The notes beneath the pieces were generated by a model that saw only the letters and a program-made list of their open reading frames with translations, was not told where the DNA came from and ran no database searches. A stretch of DNA of 63,414 bases, the filler included, from Sphacelaria rigidula (Eukaryota), in assembly GCA_964200075.2 (NCBI GenBank). It is 8 parts of 8 records of this genome, joined end to end, with 100 filler letters (N's around TTAATTAATTAA, not from the genome) between each part and the next. Parts side by side here need not be neighbours in the genome. Positions count along the whole stretch, not along the records: positions 39,700 to 47,538 come from CAXNAA020013292.1; positions 47,639 to 55,476 come from CAXNAA020013293.1; 6 more parts are not named here. One strand, written 5' to 3'. The position numbers and the translations under genes are program-made. Positions 39,700-51,284 of the stretch are shown here, one piece after another. Each line of letters begins with the position of its first letter. The stretch's first letter is position 1.

Positions 39700-42600
39700 A
39701 CTTGACGCCAACAGCACAACCACTGCTGGCGACACACACAGACCATCTAAGAAGGCTGCACAAAGCTTATTCGGGCTTTATGAATACAGTACCTTACTTG
39801 TTCATTCGGTGCGGAACCGATGTGTTGCGTGCAGTGGATGCGCTAGTGATGCATCTCACCAAACAGACAACGAAATCGCTATCCAAACCGCCCTGCCGCT
39901 CAAACGGCTGCGCCATCAATTCAACTGCGCCGCGGCACCTTCGTGCCATACTTCTCGCTTCTGTGGGCTCTGATTGGCTGTGCACGTCAATGCACATCAA
40001 CGATTTCTTGAATTGGCAGGCGTTATTCAGGTCATGACCTGAGAAAAAATATGGGTCCTATACTTTAATCAAGTTGCGCACATCAATGCACAAGTTACCC
40101 TATGAGCGCGGAGCTTGACTGCAAGCACAGCTGATCTGTTGAATCGGCATCAATTTCACTCGAAAAATTGATGCATTAAACCGGCTGACCTACCCTCGCG
40201 ATCAACGGTTTTAAGGGTCGGCGTATACATGAATACACCAACGAAAATGCCCTTAGATTTTCGGCCAAGAAATATGTTGGCGTCGTTCGCCCAAGTGCCT
40301 ACACGTGTCCTTTTGTTAATCATTACAGGGTATATAACACCCCCTGTTCACCTGATCCCCACAGACACAACACGAGCTCCGTGTCTACGCCTACACAAAG
40401 TCTATTGCTAGCTGTATGCCCTTGAGGCTAGATAAACGCGAAAGTAAGAAGCTTCCTGTCGGAATGATGGCTCGCAAGTTGCTGTTTGTGCGCTTGGAGT
40501 GTTGGCGACGATGGTACAGACGGACGTTACAGTACAGTAGAGTGCAGTCAATATCTACCTACTCTGTACTGGCTCTCTCGAAATATTCTGCGCTCGTGAG
40601 ACAAGAGACAAAAGTATGGTTCCAGAGATCGTATCGCATGCTTTGTTCGGACGCATCTATGAGGTGCGCATTATATAGCCATGTGGACACATGTACAGCT
40701 CAGGACAGAACTACGACATCGCGAACGACGATGCATGAACTAGTCAATTGAACGCTGTGACCGCCAGGGTGGGTGGGTCCTCTGATGAATCAGCTGCTCA
40801 CTATCACGTGAAACCTGAAGGTAACATCGGTATGACCCACTCTTGCGGTCAAAGGGCTGAGCTCGGCAAGGCGAAAACTTTACAGGATTGAGGCTACAGC
40901 GCACAGGTCCAACCCGACCTCCTCAGGGGAAGGTAGAATGCATATGCATCCTCAAACAGGATGTTCGGTTCTCTCCGACGGTCGAATTCCTCCGCGTTTT
41001 CCATCTACAGCAGGTACAGAAGAAATACATAACACTTACTCACTCCCTTGCGTGGTATCTGTATACTGCACAAGAAAGGATACAGTCTGTTGTTGTCCAG
41101 ATTTTTCACCCAATCGAGTTGAGCATGGATTTGCCGACAACAGCTGTGATCGCAGTCCAAGCCTATGAAAAACCATGGTAAAACACCGAGTGAAACACAC
41201 CGGAAGCTGATCGTATATCACAATTAGGGTGTGATGTTCGCAGCATACCCAGACAAGGATCAGTAGCTGAGGAAAAGCAACGGGATGACAAACGGAGCTC
41301 TCAGTACCTGACTTGCCGTACCCTACTGTCTGCACAATAATTAGTACAGTTCGGAGAGTCGACCCTACGGCACCGCGGTCTACGCACTGAAACCGACTTT
41401 TATCTCTTTGGTCGTACATTATGATAGGGTAACGCTTACCTGCAGACACCCTCTCTCCACTGCGATCAACCGGAGCTGATGCAAACGCCGTACATCCACA
41501 GTTCAGAACCCGCAGCAAAGACAGACGCTGTAAACAACCATAAGGAGCACCGTGTCTTGACAAGAAAACTCATAGATTCCGAATAGTAGGGGGGGGGGGG
41601 GGTGAGAGAGGGTAGATTGTGCTCTTTAGGTCTAGATTCTAGGAATGGAAATTGTACTGGGGTCTCGGTGGCTTGTCTGGGGACCTTTTGTTCCCAACCG
41701 AGTATTGGGGGAATTTTTGTTCGCAACCGGGCATGGGGGGAGGGGGGAGGGAGGGTGGAAGGGACAGTACACTTAGCTGAATACTAGACTGTTACGCAGT
41801 AAGGGAAAGCAGGATTTTTCGGCTCTTTTGATCCTGCCATCCACTGCCTAGTTTTGTAAAATCGGGGGTTGAAGGAGGTGTGCAGACGCGCTAGGGGGTC
41901 ATCACTCATGAGTGCTGTTGTACCGGTACCGACAAACTATTGATTTTTGTCTTCAGCATCATCACAATTGTTATACTGTTTTCATCGAGAGTGCTACGAA
42001 GAACAGTAGTGCGGTAAGTACCGTGAACAGTCAAGTCATTGTGCTGCTGCGATATAGAATAGGGCAGAACGAAAAAGAGAGCAAGAGCGACAGAAGCACG
42101 GAGATAGGGGGGAAGGGAGAGGGAAATAGAGAAAGCAGCACCACATGGCCGAGCGACGAGAACGATGGAAGAGCGGCGGACTACACGAGGGTCATGGTGA
42201 AAGCAATCGGAATGGTCATGAGGGGGAGCAGCTGGCAAAAAGCTGGGAAACGCAGGAGCAACAAGAAGGACAAGCTGCAGTTGAGCACTCGAGTTCGAAA
42301 CCAGCGATGGCGATGCCTGGAAAACCGGCGGCTTCACTTGCTGATGATAACAATGGATCGGCTAGCGAGTGTGATACAAGCGGAAGTGGTGTCAGTAGGA
42401 GGAGCGCTGTTCGAAGGTCGTTGCCTGTGCTCATGGACCCGGTGGCAGAATACCCTTTCTCAGAACGGTGAGAAATACTCCGTCAGCTATCTAAACTGAC
42501 GGTAAAAGTAGTTTGGTTGTGTAGTGATGCGAGGGAAGGATAAAATGGATGTGGCGGGTGTTCCTCTCTCGTCAGTTATCCCTGTCCCTGTGCTTGTTTC

Positions 42601-43774
42601 TGTCGGCATATATTTCGCTTCACAGAGCGCCCGATTCTGTCCAGACGGACAGCGTAGTGGTGAGAATACACATATAAAAGCAGGGTGTGTTGTGAGAAAC
42701 AGAGAAGGTGGTGGGGCGGTCCTGTATTCGTACTCGCCCTTCCTTCGTAAATTCTACCGGACTTGTGAGTGAGAACATTTTCGGCACGTCGATAGCAACC
42801 CTTAACCGAGTATGTCTGTATCAACAGGAGAACATTCCGTGGCCGTCGATTGTCCGATGGCTACCCCGTGCCCTTCCACACCGCGCGGTCCCTCTCAGCT
42901 GCCTGGCACAGACCGCAAAGTACGAAAGTTCCGAGAGGACGAAGAATGCGCAAACCGTCAATAATCAATATACCAACGACACGCGGTAAATTTCAACCCC
43001 GCGAAGTAGTAAAACTCGAACCCTGGTCGCAAATGGGCCACGGTTTTGCAGTGCGCCTACCCCGTGTATATCATTCGCGCCATAGTCTCTTCTTCCCTCC
43101 GTGAGGTATGTAGGAACGCGAGGTCCTTGCATCGTGATAATCAATCAACCAATCAAATCGACTGATCTTTCGAGGTTTATTTAGTGACTGCGTGTGTCTT
43201 CACTTGTGAGACCGCCAATAGGTTCCTGCTGAGCGAGCAACATGATAAGCGAGAAATCCTGTTCGCCATGAAGGCCAGAGGACGGACTTGAAGTTAGCCG
43301 TCTGATTTGTTTTCTTTCCGGGAGGAGAATAATCATATAACTTTTCAACGAGTCTGCGCCGCAGACAGACAACACAAAGCACATCGAAGTCCTTGATCCT
43401 TGTGGTCATGTGTTTGGCTCTGGCAAACAAGAGGATATATGTAGAGAGAGAGAGAGAGGGAGAGGGGTGTCAACTACAACGGCCCGCACACGAGGGGACT
43501 GTATGCAGTACAACAGCACTCAGTACAGTCACCGGAGGTATTCCGTCATATAAGATGGAACGCATGACCCTCTCCGACTGTTCTTTGTCGACAAGTGAAC
43601 AAACGCTGACACGAAGACGTGAAACTCGCTCCCACCCTGCACATGTAGACGGCAACAACAAAGAGAAGGGAGTGTGCCTTTCGTTATCGGCCGAACCACA
43701 ACAGTCGAACCACTGTACTGACTGTTGTCATCAGAACACCAGAAGTTTCCCCGTGTTCTGGTTTTTGAAACGTT

Positions 43775-44644
43775 CCCGCGATCGGGTTGTATCAGACACT
43801 CGGATTTGTCAGATTTTTCTGCTTCAAATTGCTGTTGCATGTTCAGTACCGCTCACGTTCGCTGGCCAATACGCGCGCAATATTGATGAGACATGCCCTA
43901 GACTGTGATACAGTACGACACTGTACTGTTCTATTCTGTTCTCTGTCCTCATGCTACGGTCTAGTTCCTGGGGCGTCCCGCGATCGGTCGTATCAGGCAC
44001 TCGGATTTGTCAGATATTTCTGCTTTAAATTGCTGTTGCATGTTCAGTACCGCTCACGTTCGCTGGCCAATACGCGCAATAATATTGATGAGACACGCCC
44101 TAGACGGTGATACAGTACGACACTCTACTGCTCTGTACTTTTCTACGGTATTCTGTTCTCTGTCCTCAGGCTACGGTCTAGGTCCAGGGGCGGCCCTGAC
44201 TGCGATACTTCCCGTACTTACTGTTGTACTGACTGTTGTTGTTGTTGGTGGTGGTGGTGTTGTTGTTGGTGGTGGTGTCGCTTTCTTCACATGAAGAACC
44301 GTTCCCATGTCTGCGTACTGGGCATCTGATGCGGACGCCTCCCGTGGTTGTAGGCTACCAATAGTCGTACCCAAAATAAGGTATACATGTACAAAATAAA
44401 CGCAAAAAGAACCCATAAAAAACCAAATGGACGCGATAAAAAGCAAGAAAAAAAAAAACTGCCCGCTCGGCCCACCTCATGAGTTCCCGTGCCGCAAACC
44501 ACCATTCGGGCTACTGGAGGCAGAGCCCAATGGTTGCACCCAACACGGTATTATGTTCTCTATCCTCAGGCTACGGGTAGGATACAGGGGCTGCCCTGAC
44601 TGCGATACTGCCGGTACTTACTGTTGTACTGTCTGTACTGACTC

Positions 44645-44676
<32 letters not shown>

Positions 44677-44978
44677 GGTGGTGGTGGTGGCGGTGGTGGC
44701 GGTGGTGGCGGTGGTGTTGTCGCTGTCTTCACATGAAGAACCGTTCCCATGTCTGCGTACTGGGCATCTGATGCGGACGCCTCCCGCGATCACAGGCTAA
44801 CAAGACTCGTACCCAAAATAAGGTATACATGTACAAAATAAACGCAAAACGGACCCATAAAAAATCACATGGATGGACGCGATAAACAGCAAAAAAAAAA
44901 ACTGCCCGCTAGGCCCACCTCATGAGTTCCCGTGCCGCAAGCCACCATTCGGGCTACTGGAGGCAGAGCCCAATGGTT
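43775..44978. repeat. Two overlapping tandem duplications (~200 bp x2, then ~400 bp x2 with (GTT)n/(GGT)n microsatellites)
   Basis: 43775-43976 is repeated at 43977-44190. 44162-44536 is repeated at 44562-44978 with an expanded GGT tract. Confidence 0.85.
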
Positions 44979-45197
44979 GTCCTACTTCTCGAAGATCAGA
45001 ATCTTAGAGTCACTGACGTTCTAAATCCTAGTAGAACAACCATGAGACGATGGGGTGTCCTAAAGTTCAACCCTACCGCCCGTACAACAGAGTAATGCTC
45101 TATATGTACGGGCTGGGCCACACTCTACACGCGGAAACAGCAAAATGACAGCGTGATCAAGATGACCCACCCCAGTTGTTAACCCTTGCAGGTCATA

Positions 45198-45275
45198 TGT
45201 TGAATCGGCATCAATTTCACTTGAAAAAATAAGTGATGATCCAGATGGACTACCCTCGCGGTCGAAGGGTTGAAG
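45198..45275. repeat. Dispersed repeat GAATCGGCATCAATTTCAC family (also near 29380, 40140 and 47070)
   Basis: An identical 19-bp core occurs in four places, in both orientations, next to (T/C)ACCCTCGCGGTC-like motifs. Confidence 0.65.
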
Positions 45276-47538
45276 GGCTGACTCGCGAGGAACAAATCAA
45301 AATGGCCTGGCTGGTCGTGTTGGTGAAACCCCTGCGATACTCCATTCCGAGTTGAAAGAGCGCAACGTTCAGAACTCACCACCTAAATACGTACAAATTC
45401 AGTGCATTTAGTACCTCTCCTCGTCTAGTACATTAAATCTAGTATGGACTTTTACGCGCCCCGTATCACTCGATCGATGAAGGAGGCAACACAGTAGACC
45501 TGGAGAAATCTACGTAAACAATGGTTGGTACTCAATTTTACTTGATTTCAGAGGCAAGAAAGTTCTGAAAAAAATCATGGTTCTGGGCAGGTAAGCAGTG
45601 GTGAGCAGTAGACCCAGCTCGTCGAGAACGTGTTTTGGGCCAAAATCCCGAGGGTTCTCGGTATGCCTTGGTCGGGGTTGGTTAGAATCAACGTTAGAAT
45701 TGGCCGCATCTCCATAGTACCAACCATTGTTTTACGTACATTTCCTCAGGTCGCCTCGAAAAAGGTGAAGGTGATGACATCGATCGTTTTTCCGTACCCC
45801 AAGGAGTGTTACCCATATAAATTAGCATGATCATACCGTAAAGACGCGTACGATGTGAGGACGTTTCGTATAGACTTTGGTATGGAGATATCTCCGCACG
45901 TCACGGGATTTACCGGACATCGTATCTTAGCAGCGGGAAATCACCTGACCAGGATGTCGAGTAGATGGGCATTTTCTCCTTGCAAAGACGATTAACAAAA
46001 TGTCCGGATCACGGCCCGATTCGTCTGCGTCGATGAGATGTGGCTGTGACAGTTGAATTCGTTTCCAGGCTGAGGCCGTGTCTTATCGAAAATATTTCAA
46101 CTTCAAAACATGCGGTCGAATTGAATTGGTCGCTACGAGGCCGTATCAGACACGTGCACAGCATTTATGCTCTCGGATACCTTCAAGTCCATTTTGTAAT
46201 TAGTTGTGCGCGACGGGCAGGGTCATGAACAGAAGCAGTCTTACGCAAAAATAAAAAAAAAGAAGTCAAACGCCAAGATTCCCGCATACAAAAATCATAG
46301 GCACCTCATGTATCTTTGGACGGCTCAACAGGGTTTAGTACTGTATTCTCAGTACGAATCAAGGGTTATTTTGCTTGTGGATGTCTCCGCCGTGTCTGTT
46401 TGAACCAGCCTGAAACTTGGCTCAGAGGTAGACCACAACACAGACAGCATATTCCCGGAGCGGCGGCACGTGTTACGTGGTGCGCTAGTTAAACGAAGCA
46501 AAATACGGATTTTGGGCAATGCCATCGGTATGCCCTCAAAACGCAGTCCCCTCGGCCCAGACTTCGTGAGACGTCAGTGGATGCATATGTTGACACGCAG
46601 ATACGCTCACTCCCTGCTGGGTGGCTCCTGCCCCGGCAAACGAACACATCGATCCGTATTACGCACCTCTGGATGATGTCATTCTACGCGGTACCTATCT
46701 TGGTATCGCCTGTAGAGGTGCTCACTTCAGGAGACACGGCCGTGTAAGCGCTGTTAGCGCTTTTACGTGCTGAAACTTCGACCACATGTCATGTAAACTA
46801 CAGACAACAACCATCTTGCTGAAACTGGGGTTGCGCGGTGTGTGCGTGCGTATTGGGGCGAAAATATGTCCGGTTCTGTTATGATTTTTTTTTTTTTTGC
46901 GTAAGACTGGAAAAGCTTAGCTTTTTCGAGCGGCTCGAGCGGCGGAATGAACGAAGGAGCACGTAACTCCTGTGCTGCAGACAACCATCCATGCCAGATA
47001 CTACGAGCTGGACCAGCTTAACGCTTAGACCGCGAGGGTAGTCTATCTGGATCATGCATACTTTACCCAAGTGAAATTGATGCCGATTCCACACATGACC
47101 TACTCTCGCTGTCCAAAAGTTGAAAGCTGCGAAAACTTGCTCACACCACACTTCCCCAGTTTCCCGAATGAACCCAGTGTAAGCATATCACTGTAAAGTG
47201 TAGACCAACCTGGTAACACACGGCACCGCCGCTGAATGAAGGAAAAAATGAAAAAAAATGTACTGCATAATGTATGACCTTAACGACGGACGAAAAAAAA
47301 AGAGAATGTATCGGGATTCGAACTCGTGACCTTCATAATTGGAGTCTCCCGTCACTTGATTTATAGGGGTGCAGCAGCGTCACGGAAAGTGTTGAACGCA
47401 CGGCCAAATTCGACGAGTCTTGAGCTGAAATTTTAGGAAGACCTTCTGCGGCCAAGGTACTGATACTTCACGAGTCCAGCTGCAGGTTCTCCTCTTTTTC
47501 CTGGACTTATGGCATTATCTTGTTTTTGCTGAAATTTC

Positions 47539-47638
47539 NNNNNNNNNNNNNNNNNNNNNNNNNNNNNNNNNNNNNNNNNNNNTTAATTAATTAANNNNNN
47601 NNNNNNNNNNNNNNNNNNNNNNNNNNNNNNNNNNNNNN
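47539..47638. other. Artificial contig spacer
   Basis: N/TTAATTAATTAA/N, 100 bp. Confidence 0.97.
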
Positions 47639-48161
47639 GGAAAGCACTGTTTTAGGCTTGAACCTCATCTCGGAGTTAAACCTCAGTTCGCACACTTTGT
47701 TGTTAGATGCCTTTGCACCTTGGTGCTGGATGCATCTGCTGTTTCAACATACCTGGGCACTGGGACACTGATCGGTTCACGAGCGCCTGGGTTACTGGGG
47801 TGCCTTCAGTTCCGTTGACACTGGAATAGGACAACGTCCTCGTGTCAGTAACAAAGCGGTGGGTATGATGTTTATCATGCGAGCCTTGTGCTCTTCCGTT
47901 AAATATCATCGATATGATTTTTGCTTCTTGTCAGCACTACCCCGATTGCCGAGAGGTGATCTTCCTGGGGGAATCGCACACCAGTCACCGTTGACATGTC
48001 AGATATTTTTCCGTTCATGTCTGCATTGTTCTAACGTCGTTTTTTTGTCTTCTTTTCTGACTCTCATTGATCTCCGAATTGTGACCTCGGGCTACTGCTC
48101 AACCCTTGAGCGTTTTGCTAGGACGCTCGAACAATCTGTTGAACAGTCACATCCGTTTCCG

Positions 48162-51100
48162 TTACCCGGTATTTTCGGATTTCGACTCCGGATGTGAGTG
48201 CTTTGCTAACCCGTTGTCATTACGGTATATGTCAATGAGGTGTCTACCTTGTCGTGTTTCATCAGCTCGATAGGTAAGGTCAGCTGCTGGGCCGTAGCTT
48301 TTGAGTCTCAACCTATATTTTTTGTTATGAAGACTTTCCCGACCTGGTCCTGGAGCATAGACTACCACTTTTTCGACAGCGTAACGTTCTATTGTAGGCA
48401 ACGTTTCGTCTGGTGGTCTCTCTGGTAGAGGTATCCGTTTGTCTAGGAACAGCTCGCTCGATTTATCTACATCTGATACCGGTGGCGTTTCCCGCGGACG
48501 ATATTTCTTCAAGTGAGCGGGATGTAATGACATTTCTTTAGAGTCGTCGCCTATTTTGATCATATAAACAACCGGCGATCGTCTCTCGGTTATCGTGGAA
48601 GGTCCTCTCCATGGTAATTGCAGTTCCAGGTTCGGCCCTTTTGAGTCCTGGTATGGTGGGTACAAGCGTACCTTTTGACCGGGTTTGAACACTGGGGACG
48701 GTTTTTAATTTTTTTTGTTTCCTTGCTCGTTCGCTCCTTCTCGTAGAGCTTGACCCGCAATCTCAAATCCTAACCGCAGGTTTTCCCGTGTTTCTTGGGA
48801 AATTCTTCGGGTGTTGCGGCTTTTTCCGGATGCCAAATACGGTAAAGCTCTATCGATAAAAGTTCTGGCTATCGACGTGGCCTGCCTATTTGGTATCGAA
48901 ATGAGAAAGGTATACCCTGTGAGGTGGACCATTACGGACAGTACCTATCTACATAGTACTCCAGCTTTTGACGTCGAAGCTGTTTTGTGTTCGACTAGGT
49001 CTGTCGACACTCCCTCGTATGACCGTCCTACCGGAACATTTCAGGTTCACATGTCGGCTTGACGGGTTGGCAATTTGTACCATTGCCGTTTTGTTTGTTG
49101 CCGACCACGTGCACACCGTCCTTGCAACAATGATGCGCGTGAACGCTTGGGGGTACATCGGGCGATCGAGTTTTTCTTCGGTTATTATGGGTGGCTCTAC
49201 GATAGCTGCTGTTGTTGTTGACGGGGTATTTTCCATCTCAACTAATACTGCCATCTCACCCTGCGGAGGCACACTGCATTTCTTCGTGAGGAATCTAGAA
49301 CAGCGATTGAACAGTTCACACCGACTACAGAACAATGCGTCGTTCCGGGGTATGTTGTATTTTGTGAACGCTGCACGGGTGGCCACTGGAGTGCCTGCAA
49401 CCTCAAATTTGAACGTTGCAGACGTTGCACAAGGTCTGTAACGTCCAAATTTGAAGTTGCAGGCACCCCGGTGGCCACCCGTGTGTTGTTTTCGATGCGA
49501 TGCTTTACTTTTTATACTGGAGTCACGGAATGCCAACTCTTCCGCTTGCCAGTCGAGTATAGCTTGGAAAGCACTCATAATGGAGTTGTCTAGTACTAGA
49601 CAATCCGGTCCCAGTTTAGGTAATTCAAACGCCTCTACTGATGGGGTTTTAATCCCGTACGTAATCGCGAAATGAATTAACTCTAGGGTTTTAATGGGGG
49701 AGCCGTCCGCGCTCTTGAGAGCCACAGATCCCGGCGGTGCTGACTTTATATCAGCTGCCATGATGGCCGGGTGTTCATCTATGAACTTTCTGCTGATACT
49801 CGGCACATCTGCTGCGTAATCGATTGTGATTTTTCAGCGGGGGTGCCGTTTACTCTGGCTGTGACTCTCACACGGGCTGATGCACAGGATAGCGCTAGGG
49901 GCGCATCTGTACACCTGGCGAGCGGTGATGCGTTATATGAGTCATAACAATGATCATGCAAGATCGGGCTGAAAAAGGAAGATGGGTGTTTCGATTTGGA
50001 ATCAACAGCCCCTGCTTACAACATTGTTGTTTTTTCCTGGCTGCCGGTTGAACTTGTGTCAGCTCGGGATGTAACGTTACCGATTCACTGGGGTACGGCG
50101 CAGAATGTAGCATGATGAGAGCCTCAACAAGTTGAGCTTCATGTTCGACGATGATGGCCCTTCGTGTGGTGTATTTCTTTTTCCATGGCTGCTCTGAAGG
50201 CTGCCTAGGAACCAACTCTCATCGTGCTCTTTCCAGCTGCTGCTCCTAGTATGTACTTTCACATCACAACTGAGGGCTGTTTTGGTGCCCCTCTGCAGGA
50301 GTGAGTTACTGTACTGACCAAGAAACCCGTATCTCTCCGACATGTTCTTTTTCTCCGGATAGTTGACACTTTTTTCCATATCATGCGTGATGAGGTGTGG
50401 AATCCTGAACTGTCTGTGGTTTTCATCTCCTCTCAGCTTGTGGACTAGGATGCGGCGCAAGACCATCCAACACACCTCTCTCCCTTTCTTTTGCTAAATT
50501 TGTTTGTTAGGTCTATTTCGAGTCCCCGCGTTTTGGTTGATTGCCGTGCCTTTCGCACTATGGTGGTGAAAGGTTGGTTGGTAAGTGTTGTTTCGCTGTT
50601 TAAATAGCCATCCTGCTGACATATGATATACGCTGATGAGACTAATTTCGCGTTTTCGCTGTTTGACTAGCCATACAGGTGACATGTACTGCACACCGAA
50701 GAGTCAAACTTCGCGTTTTGCTGTTTGATTAGTCATGCAGGTGCCATATAAATGCGCACTGAAGGGGCTAATTTCACGTTGATCCAAACACATGACTCCA
50801 AGAACCTCTAAACTCGAATAATTATGCACATGACCCATGCGTTTCACCTGGAGTAGCGTTCCTGGGAGGACCCTAGTGTTTCCGGTGTCGAGGAGCAGTC
50901 GGTTCTCGTTATAGTTTTTCACCTCTAAGATATGTCTTGCCTGAGTTCTGTTCTGGTGTCGCCAATGTGAAGAAGGCGTATCGCTAGAGTAGTCAGAGGC
51001 CTACGGGGGATTCCGAGGCTGGCATTGATTTCCTCTTGTGTATGTAGGCAAGAAGTGGGTCAGACGAGAAGTGGTCGCCCCCAGGCGACCACTTCCTCGG

Positions 51101-51284
51101 GGGATGTTGATCCGTCCTGATATCAGGCTCTTCCTGGCATCACCCCAAGTTGTCTAGTATCGTTGGCATCACAGGGTCCTCGGTAGTCTGGTCCTTCCGG
51201 ATCGTTCCTACCTTGTCCCTGCTTGCGCTGGTTCTTCATGCATGTGTGGCATCAGTCTCTGATATGTCACTGCAAAGAGGTACA
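48162..51284 (-). mobile_element. Internally deleted Ty3/gypsy chromovirus: 5' LTR, PBS, protease remnant, integrase fragment, GPY/F motif and chromodomain
   Basis: TG...CA segment 50966-51284, followed on the minus strand by PBS TTGGCGACACCAGA. Protease-like VTARVNG..ITIDYAADVPSISRKF...PDCLVLDNSIM (~49870-49560). Integrase HLTGYTFLISIPNRQATSIARTFID (48932-48850). FKPGQKVRLY...LPWRGPSTI...SLHPAHLKKY and chromodomain YAVEKVV...KYRLRLKSYGPAADLTY (48692-48250). RT and RNase H are absent. Confidence 0.82.
50966..51284 (-). repeat. 5' LTR of the minus-strand chromovirus (319 bp)
   Basis: Bounded by TG..CA, adjacent to the PBS on one side and abutting the interrupted RT of the host element on the other. 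The second LTR is not in the contig, so this is not confirmed by pairing. Confidence 0.65.

Noticed and set aside
42145..42471. Possible low-complexity exon ending at a GTGAG donor
   Set aside because: There is an in-frame TAG just upstream, no recognisable homology and no partner exons established.
45443..45590. Two possible small exons giving DEGGNTVDLEKSTGKKVL, reminiscent of redoxin N-termini
   Set aside because: No downstream CxxC or peroxidatic Cys exon was found; the similarity is too short.
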